Assembly (NCBI GenBank): GCA_015680685.1
Contig: MNCI01000326.1
Coordinates: 6,414-70,413 of the forward strand
DNA length: 64,000 nucleotides
Source: Gnetum montanum
Lineage: Eukaryota > Plantae > Gnetophyta
Direction of reading: 5' to 3'
The position numbers and the translations under genes were made by a program. A model generated the notes under the pieces. It searched no databases and was not told the DNA's origin. It saw nothing but the letters and a program-made list of their open reading frames with translations. This document shows, piece after piece, positions 50,380-63,096 of this stretch (positions are counted from its first letter, which is position 1; each line of letters starts with the position of its first letter).

Positions 50380-53330
50380 TTCCGCTTTGTTCCCACACTT
50401 GCTAGCATGGAAAAAAGGGGAGTTATCATGGGGAACCAAAATCCAAGCAAAAATAAAATCAAACATGATCAAAGAGGTGTCTAGAGCATAGACTTTAAAC
50501 CTATGCATCTCTCAACTTCATTTTGAGGAAATTTGAGGATATTTTGAGGGTTTATAGATGTTGAAATAACTCCCACCCTTATCACATTGGGCATAGTATC
50601 CTTAGCATGGAAATTAGGGGAACACTTTTTTGATGAATTCAAAGTGATTTTGGAGCATTTTGACTAGGTTTTTAGGCCCCTAGGGCTACTTACTTTAATT
50701 CTAAAATTTTCTAGCTCATTTAGGGCATGTCTAAAGGCTATTTAATGGTACATAAGGTCTTCCCCCATGTTTCCATGCTAGGGGAGTTACTCCAACATAT
50801 AAAGTAAAATATTGAGGTTGTGAGGTCCTGGGCTTCTCCAGTAAAGATCTTTGATTTCTACAAATTTCATCTTGTCTACAAAAGTGGAAAAGAAACTTCC
50901 ACCCCTTTTTTACATGCTATGAAGGTTACTCTAGTGTGTAAGAAGTAAGAATCCTAGATCTAGGCCAATTTGGATGACAACTGACCATATATGTAACCTC
51001 CTAAGATTGTCAAGGTCAAGGGCTATGGATCCATGTCAAAATTTGATTTTTTTGGGAATTCATAAGTTGTTTTTTGGCATCCCCCCTTTCTTACATACTA
51101 GGGATAGAGAGCTTAGAATAGAAAAAAAGTAGGAATGGATTTCTTACAAAATTTAACCTTAATCAACTCGCATGTCAACCTCTAGGGCTACCAAGGTTGA
51201 GGACTAGGGTCTAGTGTCAATTTTTTGTAATTTTAAGTATCTTTAAGTGTCTTTTACACTTCCCCCCTTCTTTCTATACTAGGGATATAGATTTTAGCAT
51301 GGAAAACAAGGGGGAATAATGTTTTGACCAATTTTGACCTTAATCAACTTTGCATATCAACCTCCAAGGCTACTAGGGTTAAGGACTAGGGTCTAGTATC
51401 ATGTTTTGGTAATTCTGAGTATCCCTAAGTGTTTTTTGGAATTTCCCCCTTCTTTCCATGTTAGGGATGTAAATATTAGTATGGAAAATAAGGGTAAATA
51501 TATGTTTGACCAAATTTAACCTCAATCAACCTTGCATGTCAACCTCCAAGGCTACCAAGGTTGAGGATTAGTTTGGAGCTAAAACTAGTTGTTTTAGATG
51601 TTTTTTAAGTGGGTTTTTGGCTTCCCCCACTTTTCCAAGTTGAGGCTTCCATGCTTAACATAGAAAAATGGGTTAAGAAATTTTTGGTGATTTTTAGCTG
51701 ATTTTGACCATGCATGTAGGTTCCAAGGTTATTGGCAACGATTATTACTACTTGATGTTAAAATTTCATTATTTTAAGGTTAACAATGAATTTTTTGAAC
51801 TTCTTCCCATTTTTCATGCTATGGCATCCATACGTAGTGTGGAAAAATGGGAAAAAATATTTTTGATGATTTTTTTATCATTTTTGAATGTGCATGTAGG
51901 CTTCCTAAGTTACCAACATCGACTATTAACTTATGATGTCAAAATTTGGTTATTTGAAGGTCATAATGTAATTTTGGACTCCGCTCCCCTTTTCCATGTT
52001 AGGGACTTCATGGTCAACATGAAAAATTATGGGGAAATATTTTTGGTGATTTTTCACCAATCTCGGGCTTACATGCAGGCTTCCTAGGTTGTCAGTGATG
52101 ATGACTACTACTTGATGTTAAATTTCACTTATTTCAAGGTGGAAAGGAATTTTTTGAACTTCCCCTCTTTCTCCACACTGGGGATTCTATGATTAGTGTG
52201 AAAAATTTGGGGGAAATATTTTCGGTCACTTTTGATCATTTTTAGTCATGCATGTATGCCCTTAAGTTTGCCAATGTCACCTACTATCATCTAATGCTGA
52301 AATTTGATTATTTCAATGGCCATGAGTTATTTTTTAAACTTTCCCCATTTTTTCCATGTTGGTGCTTCCATTCTTAGCATGTAAAATTTGTGGGAAATAT
52401 TTTTTGATCATTTTTAATAAATTTGGCCATGCATGAGTGCTCATAGGGTTCCTAGTGTTGATCATTAGTGCCTAAGGTCAAGATTTAGTTATTTTGGGGG
52501 CTGTCAGGCGGCTTTCAAGCTTCCCCCATTTTTTCCATGGTAGGGTGGAAGGCTTAGTATGGAATAGATCCCTTGAATCAATAAAGTCAAATCTAGGCTA
52601 GATATACAGCTAATTGACCATGCATGTCAATCTCTAGGATTGCTAGTGTCAATGATGAATGTTGGGTGTCAAGATTTGATAGTTGGGAGGCTTCTATGTG
52701 ACTCATGAAACTTCCCCCATTATTCTATGCTAGGAATGATGGCCCCAACATATCTGAGAATGGGATGGTAGATTTATGCTGTTTTTGAACCATTTTTGAG
52801 CTTCTAGAAACTTCGGAGGGTTCTGACAAGGTTTACGGATTAGTATGCATCAAGGAATGGTTGTTAAGTCATCAACTTAGGTTAGTTATTGCTTTCCCCT
52901 CCTCTTTCCACGTTGAGGGTGAAATGATGAACATGGAAGAAGCCTTCCCTAGAAAGAAAAACACCAAATCCTAGGTTTTAACTAGTTTTGACTAGTTTTG
53001 ACTAAGTTTGGTGAGGTTCTGAAGCTATTGGAGGTATTTGGAGGGGTTCTAGATCATGTGTGGCCTACTTTCGGGTTAACTTTATGCTAAATATATGTTG
53101 GTAGGTAAGACTAATTGTCACCCCTCTTCTTTGATGCTAGGCACTATTTCCATAGTGTGGAAATCCATGGTGCTTTCCCATGCTCATGTTTTGCCTAAAT
53201 TTGGAAACCTAGGGTTGAAGAAGGTAAGTCTAGGTTACTAAAAATAGAAAGATATAGTAATGCTAACAAATTTGAAAAATGATAAACATGCTTCCATGCT
53301 AGGCATGGTATTCCCAACTTGGATCCATCG
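50380..53330. repeat. ~180-bp period tandem array (~17 units), each with a TTCCCC..TTCCATGCTAG-loop-TAGCATGGAA..GGGGAA hairpin
   Basis: Hairpins start near 51081, 51259, 51443, 51621, 51800, 51979, 52159, 52339, 52520, 52711 and 52893, with degenerate units at both ends. Confidence 0.85.
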
Positions 53331-53749
53331 GGCTAAGGTTACCATGATGTCTTAAGTATTGAAATTAGTAAAATTCATGCAAGTTTGGTCAAAATGGAAG
53401 GTGTAGGGTGGGGCAAATCATCCAAAAATTTTAAATTTTGAAAAGCGAAGTTGTTCCCCCCACTAAAACCAAGATGAACTAGACTTTTCCCCCTTTTTCT
53501 TTAGTTCATGGTAGACTAAATTAGCAGCTAGGGTTTTGTTTAAGTTTAGGTGGGTTTTATAAGTTAAAATTTGTAACTTTTGAACATAATTATCATTATT
53601 TAGCAATAGTGCATTGGAGGAAAGCTCTGGTAGAAATTCTTATGGTAGCCACCCCAATATTTAGTGTGAAATCATTCCATATTCCTTGTAACCAGGGTAG
53701 AACTATCATCTTTCTTAAATTTCCTCCTTTTTTCAATGTTGAGCCTACC

Positions 53750-55820
53750 ATGGCACCCAAACAAAGAGGTGGGAAAAGAAAAAATCCCATAATTCAAAGG
53801 ATGGATGAGCATTAAAGGAAGTTTTTAGAGGTTCATAGGCCTATCTCCATATAGGCTCCATCTATCATTTCTCTAAGGTAGGAAATTCTACTATTTTTTC
53901 CTTTATTTTCATGGTTGTTTTCTTGTTTTCTTCCTTCCAAGTGTTAGGGCCACCTTTTTAGATCTACTCCAATGGGGGAATTAAATTAGAATTCTAACAA
54001 AATCCCATGTCCTATTTTGGCTACTCCCATGTAGATCTATGGTTTTTTTATTGCTTTAGCTTTTGTAGATTTGATTTTAAAAATAGGCCTTGTTTTTTTG
54101 TGCTTTTTTCTCAATACCTTGGTGTATGGTTAGTTTTTTTAGATCTAGGCCTTAGGGTTTTTTAAAATTAAATTTTAACAAATTTCTACCACATTATTTC
54201 GATGTGAATTTAAATGGGTTGTAATGATTTTGGCTATTTTGACTAGTTTAATGGCTATATGATGTTTAGGTTTTGAAATTTTTGAAGTTTTGTTATAAAA
54301 AAGCAAGCCAAGTCATGTATTTTTTCTTAGTAAAATAGCTATATATTTGTGAAATCAAAGGCTATGGGTTTGTATCCCTTTGTTTAAGCTTCCTAATGAT
54401 TATTGTCTCATTTAATTTTTCTTTGAAACGAGGGAGTTATGGTTGTTTTTCTAACATTGTGTACTTAGGTTGTTTGTGTAGCTTTTGTAATTTCATGTAC
54501 ATTTGTGAAATTTTCATAAGAAAATGGCCAATATTTTTTGCTATTTTCTGGTCATGGCTACATAGGATTTTGCTTCAACTTTACAATGAGGTGGAATGAA
54601 TCCAATTGGATTTACAATGAATTTTATGCTAAGGTTGTGTAGATGATGGCAAAACTTAGGATTGTGGTACATTGTCCAAAATAGAAGTGGTTGATTTTTT
54701 GCTTTTTCTAGGAGACCAAAATATTTTTATATTTTAAATAAGTTTTTGTTATGGCTTCATGGATCTTTCTAAGTTTATCATTCTTTTTTATAAATTTGTT
54801 CATAGTTTAGTTGGTTTTTTCCAAATTTGTGCATGCTTTGCATAATTTTAGATGCTTTTTCTAAACTTATGCTTGATTTTTCCTAATTTTATGCATAATT
54901 TAAATGTTTTTTCTAAATTTATGCATAATTTAAAATAATATATACTTTTGGCCATAATTGTTTTTGTTATAAAGACTATAAAATATGGTATCAATATTTT
55001 GATGAAATTTCTCAAGCTAATTTTGGTAAACACCTAAGAGCTTTTTACATAAGCTAATTTCACCTTTGACTTAGGGAGTTTTTTCTAAATTTGTAAAGAA
55101 ATTCCAATTGGTCATAATGCAAGGTTATGCAAGTTTGTGATGAAATTACTTAGGCTATTTTAGAAAAACACCTTAGAGCTTTTATAGATGCTAATTTCAC
55201 CTCCAACTAAATGTCTTATCTAAATTTGCTAACTAACTCTAATAGACCATAATGCTTTTACTTTGAAATGTTATAATAGTTCTTTTTTATGAAATTTCTT
55301 AAGCTTATTAGATACCCACCTTATAGATTTCTATAGATGCTAATTTCACCTTTAAATAGATGTTTTTCTAATCTATTAAGAAATTCTAATTGGTCATAAT
55401 GTTTTTGCTTTGTTTTGTGCAAGGTTTTCTTGAGGACTATTCTCAATATAGTGGAGCTAGTAGGCATTTTGTGCTACATTGGTCATCCAAAAAATAATAC
55501 TCCACCACATGACATGCGTCTTGGGAAGCTCTCATAATGGTTTTAACCTTAGGAAAGGGACTTCCTTACCTACCTCATTAGGAACTTTAGTGTGATAGTA
55601 TGGTCATATATGTCTATGGATGTAGTTGGGGTTGTTGTGGAGAATGGCCTTCCACATCTACCCTTGTAGGTCATGAAGCTAGAATCACCCCAAGTTTGAT
55701 ATTCTATAACTTAGTCTTTGTTTTAAGTCATTATTTTGGATATTGATTACTAACTCACTATATGTTGTTTCATTTCAAGTCTCAGGAGATTTTGGTAGCC
55801 CCAATGGTAGTAGCCTCCTT
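53750..55820 (+). pseudogene. Antisense spliced accessory gene remnant in the E spacer
   Basis: accATGg at 53750 (MAPKQRGGKRKNP, NLS-like); donor AG|GTAGGA at 53877/53878; T-rich intron; acceptor TGTGCAAG| at 55423; 3' end homologous to FG 34615-34830. Confidence 0.5.
55031..55405. repeat. ~140-bp tandem repeat x3 inside the putative intron
   Basis: gctaatttcacct...(g/a)(t/c)cataatg repeated near 55031, 55169 and 55317. Confidence 0.8.
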
Positions 55821-56154
55821 TAGTTTAGCTTGCTAGCTATTTGTTCTTGTTTTTATGTTGATGGATATGGTTAGCCAAGACTATGTTATGGATGGTTATT
55901 CTTTGGCATCATTTCTACACATTGTATTCATGGAAATTTTAATTTTAAATGTAAACATTTCGTTTCATTTTTTTCTATATGCATCTATAGTTGTAAATGT
56001 TGTAGAGATTGTAAATGGATATGTTGATGTTTTTTTTGTAACATTAAATCAATGTGATAATAGGTTCAACAAAAAGAGATATCATAATGAAGGGAACATT
56101 GGCTAGTTTTATGTCATCATGAGCATGGGTCATATTGTGAAATTATGACTACTT

Positions 56155-56383
56155 TGCTAGTTTAATGTCTTAGTGGACGACAATGCTAGTTTAAGGTCAT
56201 AGCAAACCATTGCCAGTTTTAGGCCTTAGCAAGACATTGTGCCAATTTTAGGCCTTAGCAAGACACAGTGATAGTTTTAGGCCTTAGTAGGCCTTTGTGC
56301 CAATTTTAGGCCTTAGCTGGCCATAGTGCCTATTTTAAGCCTTAGCAAGCCTTAGTGCCAGTTTTAGGCCTTAGCAAGCATTG
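56155..56383. repeat. 29-bp tandem repeat x~8 (tgccagttttaggccttagcaag..)
   Basis: Direct reading of the sequence. Confidence 0.9.
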
Positions 56384-56564
56384 TTTAAAAAATAAGTAAA
56401 ACTAAACAAAGGTTGTAACAAATAGGTCATAATGAAAAACAAATTTATGATTACATGCATAGGCTATGTGCATATCAAAGATATAATAAATTGCAAAAGA
56501 AAAATAAGGTCATTTGGCTATCATGGCATCTGGTGATAGAGGTATAGGAAGGTTAATGCGAACT

Positions 56565-59500
56565 TTACTTGTGCAAACTCTTCCTCATCTTTGTAAAATT
56601 AGGGAGTGAATAAGGCCTACTCTACGCAATTTTGTATTTACAATCCCCTTCACTTAAAATATTTAAAGGGAGTTCATCCCATAATGTATCACATTTTTTT
56701 TCATTGTTATCATTGGTTATCTTGGGTATTTGATCTTCATTACTAGGAGCTTCTTCTTGAAGCTCCACTTTGGAACCCTATTCTATGCTAATGTTATTAA
56801 TAGTTAAGGGATCCATGTGGTCACCATGAATAATGATTTCACCTCCCTCATAAGGAAGGTAAATTTCTTGATGGATGAACAAGGATATAGCTTGTAATTG
56901 AGCCAACCAAGATCTTCCTAGGGTCAAGTTGAATCCTAGTGTCTCTTCCATCACCAAGATGTTTGTGATTGTAGGAAATTATTTTCTAGTTAAAAAATAT
57001 AAGGAGATGGACCCCTTTATGGAAACTCTTGATTGATTAAAGGAGATAAGAGCTACGGTGGTCACTGGTTGTACTTTCTGATTTAAGCCCCAGTGTTCAA
57101 TGATAGTGTATGGAATGACGTTGGTTGATGCTCCATCATCAACATGCACCAAATGTAATTTAAATTTTCCTATGCATATGGTTATCAATAGAGGGGTTGT
57201 AGTCATCTCACCATTCTATGGATTAACATTAATTTCACTATTTTGAAATTTTAAGGGTGTTGATTTGTCCTTCCTTGGTGAGGGAGGAATCATCACTACA
57301 TTAATGGCTTCCTCATTAGCAGGAATATCCTCACTAATAGGTATGAAAGTCAACATTCTGACTAGTTTCTCATGATGTATGATAGAGGTCATGATTTGGT
57401 CATATAAGATTAAATATATATTTTTCTACTTGAGTGATTACCTAACTTGGTCCATTACATTGAGGAATTTTTTGTTGTTGGAAATGGGCTTGTCACCTTG
57501 GTTTTTCTTTACTTCCACCACACATCCCAAATGGTGAACTATAGTTTTAGGCTACGGCTATTGTGGCTCCTCTTCTTTATTTTGGTTGTCGACTTTAGCA
57601 TCATCCTATGGCTTTATGGTTGAAGGAGATGGGGTAAAGGTCATAGGTATAGCCAAGATGGGAGTGGAATTTAATGGGCCCACTTCCTTTTATGCCTCCA
57701 TTTTCTTATCTCCCTAATGTCAGGCTTTTACTTATATTTCCTCCTTTGGTTGGCTCAAATTTTTTGGTTGCCAATTATTGGTTGTAAGGAAGAGGTATTA
57801 GCATTGGATACCATAGGAGATCATTGTGCAGTTGGTTGGGCTACAACTATTTGGGTTGTATTGGGTTGGGGGACCTTGATGAAAAAATGTTCTTTTGGAG
57901 GCATGCATGATTGTACTCTCAAAACAAAGGGATATCTTGAGCTATGGGAAGCTAAAGAATCTCTCTCATTGTAAGGGAGTACTTGGATCATGAATGGTTA
58001 TCTTGCAAGTCTTTGATTATCATCAATGTTGAATGATAAAATAACATAAGGCCTATCATTAGCATTTAATGGATCTTTATAGACCTACACTAACTAGTTT
58101 TGTGGTCAAACTGGGTTAGAAGCATCTAAGATCAATTTCCCTCTATCTATCATTCCTTTTATGTCATCCTTTAGTGCAAAATAGAAGTTTGTATCATGAC
58201 CAAGTAGTTGATGATAATGGAAAAGTCAATATAGATTGAAATATCTAAGCAATAGGGGATCATCTTTTGTTGCCCAAGAGGGATCTTGGCTATTTCACAT
58301 ACTTGCTCATGTTTATTTTGATTAGCTTTAGTCATTTGTTTATGTTGCATGTGTCCACTTCTTAATAGTTAATCAAGCAAGTTGGATGGTTTTAGTGGCA
58401 ACTAAATGCACTTAGACCTATCCTTTTTTCTAAAGTTAGGTCTATTTTTTCTTCATGTATTAGTCCCAAAAGTTGATGATTGGTTACAATGATGATTAGT
58501 AGGGACCTTGGGTGGATTGACCTTCGGCCCTTGGTTCATTGTCTTATTTTCCTTAGTCATGGTTGCTATACTAGTGTTGCCTTATTTTCTCTTTTCTTTG
58601 TCTCTTCAAGAGTGTTGGTTTTTATATCATATATGGGCCTGATCATGGCTAGCCTTTGTGGCATCCTCTATGTTTTTGGTTTGCAAGAATTCTTGGCTAA
58701 GAGATTATGAATTAATGTAGTAAATTTTTGACTTGATGAAGTCATTAACTACTCCCTTGAATATGGCTAACAAGTGGGATTTGGCTACAGGCTCTGTTAA
58801 TTCATTTAGTAGTCCATTCTACCACTAAAGGAGTTTCCATATAGGTTCTAAGGGCCTTTATTTGACCTTCATGAGTTGGTCAAGCATTATGTCAAGCTTC
58901 AAGTTATACTTGAAGTAGTTGACAAACAAGGCTACTAAGTCTTCCAAAGAGGATATAGATCCTTTGTGTAATGTGTGATACCAATTGAGTGCTTTTCCTA
59001 TTAAAGACATAAGGAAAATCATCATGATGGTATGAGGCCATGGCTACAAGAGTAAACATTCAGATCAAAAGGTGATAAGATGAGCATTAGGATTACCTTC
59101 TCTGTTATATTTTCTAAATTGTGAAATGGTTACACTAGGAGGAAGTGTCAAGGATGGGACTACAAGACTTATGGAATCATCTTCGTAGAAGTTCATAATC
59201 TTGATAGTTTTTGTGGTAGAGGCTTTAAGCCTCTTCAATTCCTCTATTAGGTCTTGGATGATTTGGAAGGCTTGACCCAAGCCTTGCAATGGTCACATAT
59301 TTTTTGAGGTGTGTAGAAATGGTTATGGCATTTGTTGTGAGGCTTGTGGCCTCATTATGGATTTCATGATAGAAGGAAAATGTTGTGCTATGGTTGTGGC
59401 TTGTGTGCCAAATAAAGGCAAAGATGTTTGTGCTAGCACTTGAGACACAAATGGGACAAACATGGTGTGTGATCCTTGTTTTGCTAGGAGTCTCATGGTG

Positions 59501-59870
59501 GATCCTATGTGAGTAGTTAAAGGATTTTTTGTGGTAAAAGGCACTATTGATGGTTTTGTATATAGTGGTTGTGTTGCAAATGCCATTGATATGTTATAAT
59601 TTGTTTTTTTTGGCATTGACTAATTGTGATGTGTTGGTACAACTGATGTTGGATTTGTTGTAATAGGGCATGGGTGGAGTGGAAGATTGTGGCACCATGC
59701 CCATGGAAAAAACAAAAGCATTATGGGAAGGTTTTGTGACATTGCAGGATGCTTTGTTGAATATCCCTCCAAGGATGTTTTTAACCTCAGCTTGTACTCT
59801 AAATTCATCCTCTTCTTCCTATTGCTATTGAGAGGTAGGTTGGTCATCTTCCTCCTGTATGATAATCAAT
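56565..59870 (-). pseudogene. gag-protease of E
   Basis: FRKYNREGNPNAHL; zinc knuckle FHYHQLLGH; protease VHVDDGASTNVIP; ends RKSLHK*. Confidence 0.88.
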
Positions 59871-59919
59871 TGGGCTAGGATGCTAGAATAGACATCATTT
59901 AGAGGAAGTTTTTCATACA

Positions 59920-61037
59920 AGGATGCCTAGCTGCTCTTGATGCTATAGAACCTCTCTTTGCTACTACAAGTTTGGATCTACAATTTGGATCACTCAAGCC
60001 TACAATGATTTCATGATGGGGTTCAAGAGAATACAAGTATGGAAACTTACAAGAACTCTTAAATTCTTGAAAATGCCCTAAGTGTGGAGTTGTGAAAAAT
60101 GGCTGTAAATTACTTATGTGGACAAAGGTTTCTAAACATTATCAAAAAATCTAAAACCTTGAGAAAAAATTTTGGAACCTATAAACAATGTTGGAGTTTG
60201 CCTTTTCTAGGATCTCAGGACCATGAATGGGACTAAAAATTGGTTATGATTGGACTACAAAATGGCTACGAATTTGATGTAATTTTGTTGCAAATTGGCT
60301 ACCAAATTCAAGTGAAATAGAAACACAAATTTGAGGGGTTACTAAACATAGTAAGTGATTCCCTATGGCCATTCTATTTACTAAAAATAGTAACCTAGGT
60401 AGCCCTTCCATGCTATAGATGAATCTTCCATGCTAAGCTCTTCACCATGCTTGTTGAAGTGGCTGGTCAACATTGAAGTGCATAACTTGATGAATTGTTT
60501 TTCTGTGTCTTCCATGCTAAGGGTTTGAATTTTTCATGCTTTGGAAAGGAACTTTATAGGCTAAGGGAAAAGTTTCGAAGCTGGGGGAAAACTTTCCATG
60601 CTGGGGAAAAAGGTTTCCAACCTACAAGAAAATTTTTCAAGCAAGGGGGAATCTTTCCTATTTGATGGAAAAATTTCCAAAATGTCTCTTTGGTCTTCAT
60701 GTTGAAGGGAAAAAAGTTTTCAAACCTCCACTACTCCTCTCCATGCTGGGGGTAGGTGAGATCTAAACCATGCATGTGTTTTCAGCATAGAGAAATGTCT
60801 AACCCCCATAAAACCCATCAAATTACTGTTTTTGGCATTTCAAAAGGCATTTTTGAACCCCCAAGCCCAAATATAGATACTAGGTGGCCTTTTTCACTTG
60901 GAGAATGAGGATTTGATCATATATGAGGTAATTTTTAGCCCCAAAAGTATAAAGTATGTGAAATTGCCTTAGGTTCCATGAGGTGAAAGGTACATGGTGA
61001 AGATTGGCTATAACATGAAAAATTTTATGTTGTTTCA
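59920..61037 (-). repeat. Element E 5' LTR (partial; PBS and leader deleted)
   Basis: Shares a segment with 46180-46770; TG terminus at 61037. Confidence 0.75.
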
Positions 61038-63096
61038 ATAGGTCCTTATACATATGCATATTTTGGTTCTAAGGTCAGACAAGGTTAGAGGCATCTAGAA
61101 CCAACTCATCTCTATCTATCCATCCTTTATAGGTTGTCCTTCTGTGTGAGGTAAAATTTAATGTCATGACCAAGTAATTGATGATAGTGGTAGAAGCAAT
61201 CGAGCTTAAAATAATTGGTACCTAAGGGTCATCATTAGTTACTCAAGTGGGATCCTTGGCTATCTCACATAGTCTTTCATGCTTTTTATGAGTAGTTTCA
61301 AACATCTACTTGTATTAGATCCTTCCACTCTTTAATAGTTGGTCCAAAAGTTTAGATGGTTTTAGAGGTAACATAGTATATTTGGTTCTATCCTTTTACT
61401 CAAAGCTAGGCCTAAGACCAGTCAATGTAGTGGCATTAGAAGTTGATGACTAGTTTTCATGTTTGTTAGTAGGTATCTTAGGTTAATTATTTCTTGGCAC
61501 CTAGGTGGTCATTTTGGTTTGTTTAGTCATTGTTTCCACTGCCACATTGTTTTGTTTACCTCTCTCCTTTTCCATTGACATGTGTTGATTTTTGTATGCC
61601 ATGTAGGCAAGGTCATGTCTAGCCTCCACAACATCCTATATGTTCTTAGTCTAGAAGAAGGCTTGACTGAGTGACCATGGATCAAGTTAGTACAACTTGA
61701 ACTTGATAAAATCATTGACCATCCTCTTGAATATAGCTAAAAGGTGGGTTTTAACTATAGGTTTTGGTATCTCATTGAGTAGATTGTTCCATCATTGGAC
61801 GAACTTCTACGCCAGTTCAAGCAGTCCCTGCTTAACCTTCATTAGCTAGTTAAGGGTGGTGTTAGGCCTTAAGTTGTACTTGAAGTAGTTAAAAATTGCA
61901 ATATAAGGTGTTCTAGAGAGGATATAGATCCTTTAGGTAAGGCACAATTCCAATCAAGCACTTTCCATATAAGGGACATAGGGAATATCTTTATGAGTAT
62001 GTGCAACCATGATTGCAACAAGCACTCAGATTAAAAGTTTATGAGGTGAGCATTGGGATCACCTTCATCATTTTATTTCATGAACTATGTGATGGGGACA
62101 CCTAAAGGAAGAATCAAAGGTGGGACCACATGATTGATGGTATCATCCTAGTAAAAGTACATGATCTTGATGCTTTAAAAGGTAGAGGCCTTGAGCCTCT
62201 TCAACTCCTCTATCATGTTCTAGATCATTTAGAAGGCCTAATCTAGGTCCTAGGGTGCCCTTGTCAATTACAAGTTTTGTAGAAAAGGTTGTGGCATTTA
62301 TTCAAAGCCCTATGACCTTACTATAAATTGTTGCACAAAGCAGAGAGGTTGCATTATTATAGTGGTTGATGGGCTAAATAAAGAGAATGACATTTTTGCC
62401 AATATTTGGGGGAAGCAAAGGGGGTGTGTGATCCTAGGATTGCTTGGGATTCCATGGTGGGCTTCACCTAAGTGATTAGAGTGTTGGTGATGGTGAACAT
62501 CATTTATGATGGTTGTATAGACCAAGGCTAGGTGGAAAATGACATGGAAAAGTGCAACATAATAGAATGCAACACCAATTATGTTTGGTGCATGGCTATG
62601 AATGGTGTAGACCCAAAAATGGTCAAGTAATAATAAGGGATCAAAAATGATGGTGTTTATTCCATGGACAAGACAAGGAGAGTGGAGGTTGGCTCAGTGG
62701 CCTTGGGGGTTCCTTATTGAAACAATTCACATAGGATGTTCTCATGCTCAAAGTCTTCCCAAAACTCATCCTCCTCCTCTTGCTACTCCTCCAAGCTACC
62801 CTTCACATTCTCTTCATCCATCTCAATCAACTAAGATAGAAAGCATGTATAAGTGTTAGTGAGGTTTATTTGGTCATACAAGGAAGGGATATATTCCTTC
62901 CCATTATGATGTATAAGTTCGTACTCCCTCTTGGCTTCTGTTTTCATTCATGAAATCAACATGCTAGCCTAGATATTGGCACAAATAAAGTTGTAGTCAT
63001 CTTTATTTATCATTAAGAACCTAGGACTTTGCCCCCTAAGTTACAAGAATTTCCTACACTTATCCACAGTGGGTCTTAAGGGTCATAGACCCTCAT
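61038..63096 (-). pseudogene. Element FG, right arm: gag N-terminus/core
   Basis: GDPNAHL and YHYHQLLGH. Joins the left arm in frame as YKD-LLNANN (E has YKDPLNAND). Confidence 0.85.

Larger units (their letters stand above)
45818..61037 (-). mobile_element. Element E: older Tat/Ogre-like element (gag-PROT / 7-kb spacer / RT-RH-aRH-INT), both LTRs partly deleted
   Basis: LTR segment ~46180-46770 matches ~59920-60480. The right terminus reads TGAAACAACATAAAATT on the minus strand (15/17 identical to the D LTR start). Flanks are ACAGG/ATAGG. Confidence 0.78.

Noticed and set aside
50380-53330. CRISPR-like repeat-spacer array
   Set aside because: The spacers are homologous to each other, the repeats are degenerate, the context is a eukaryotic TE, and there are no cas genes.
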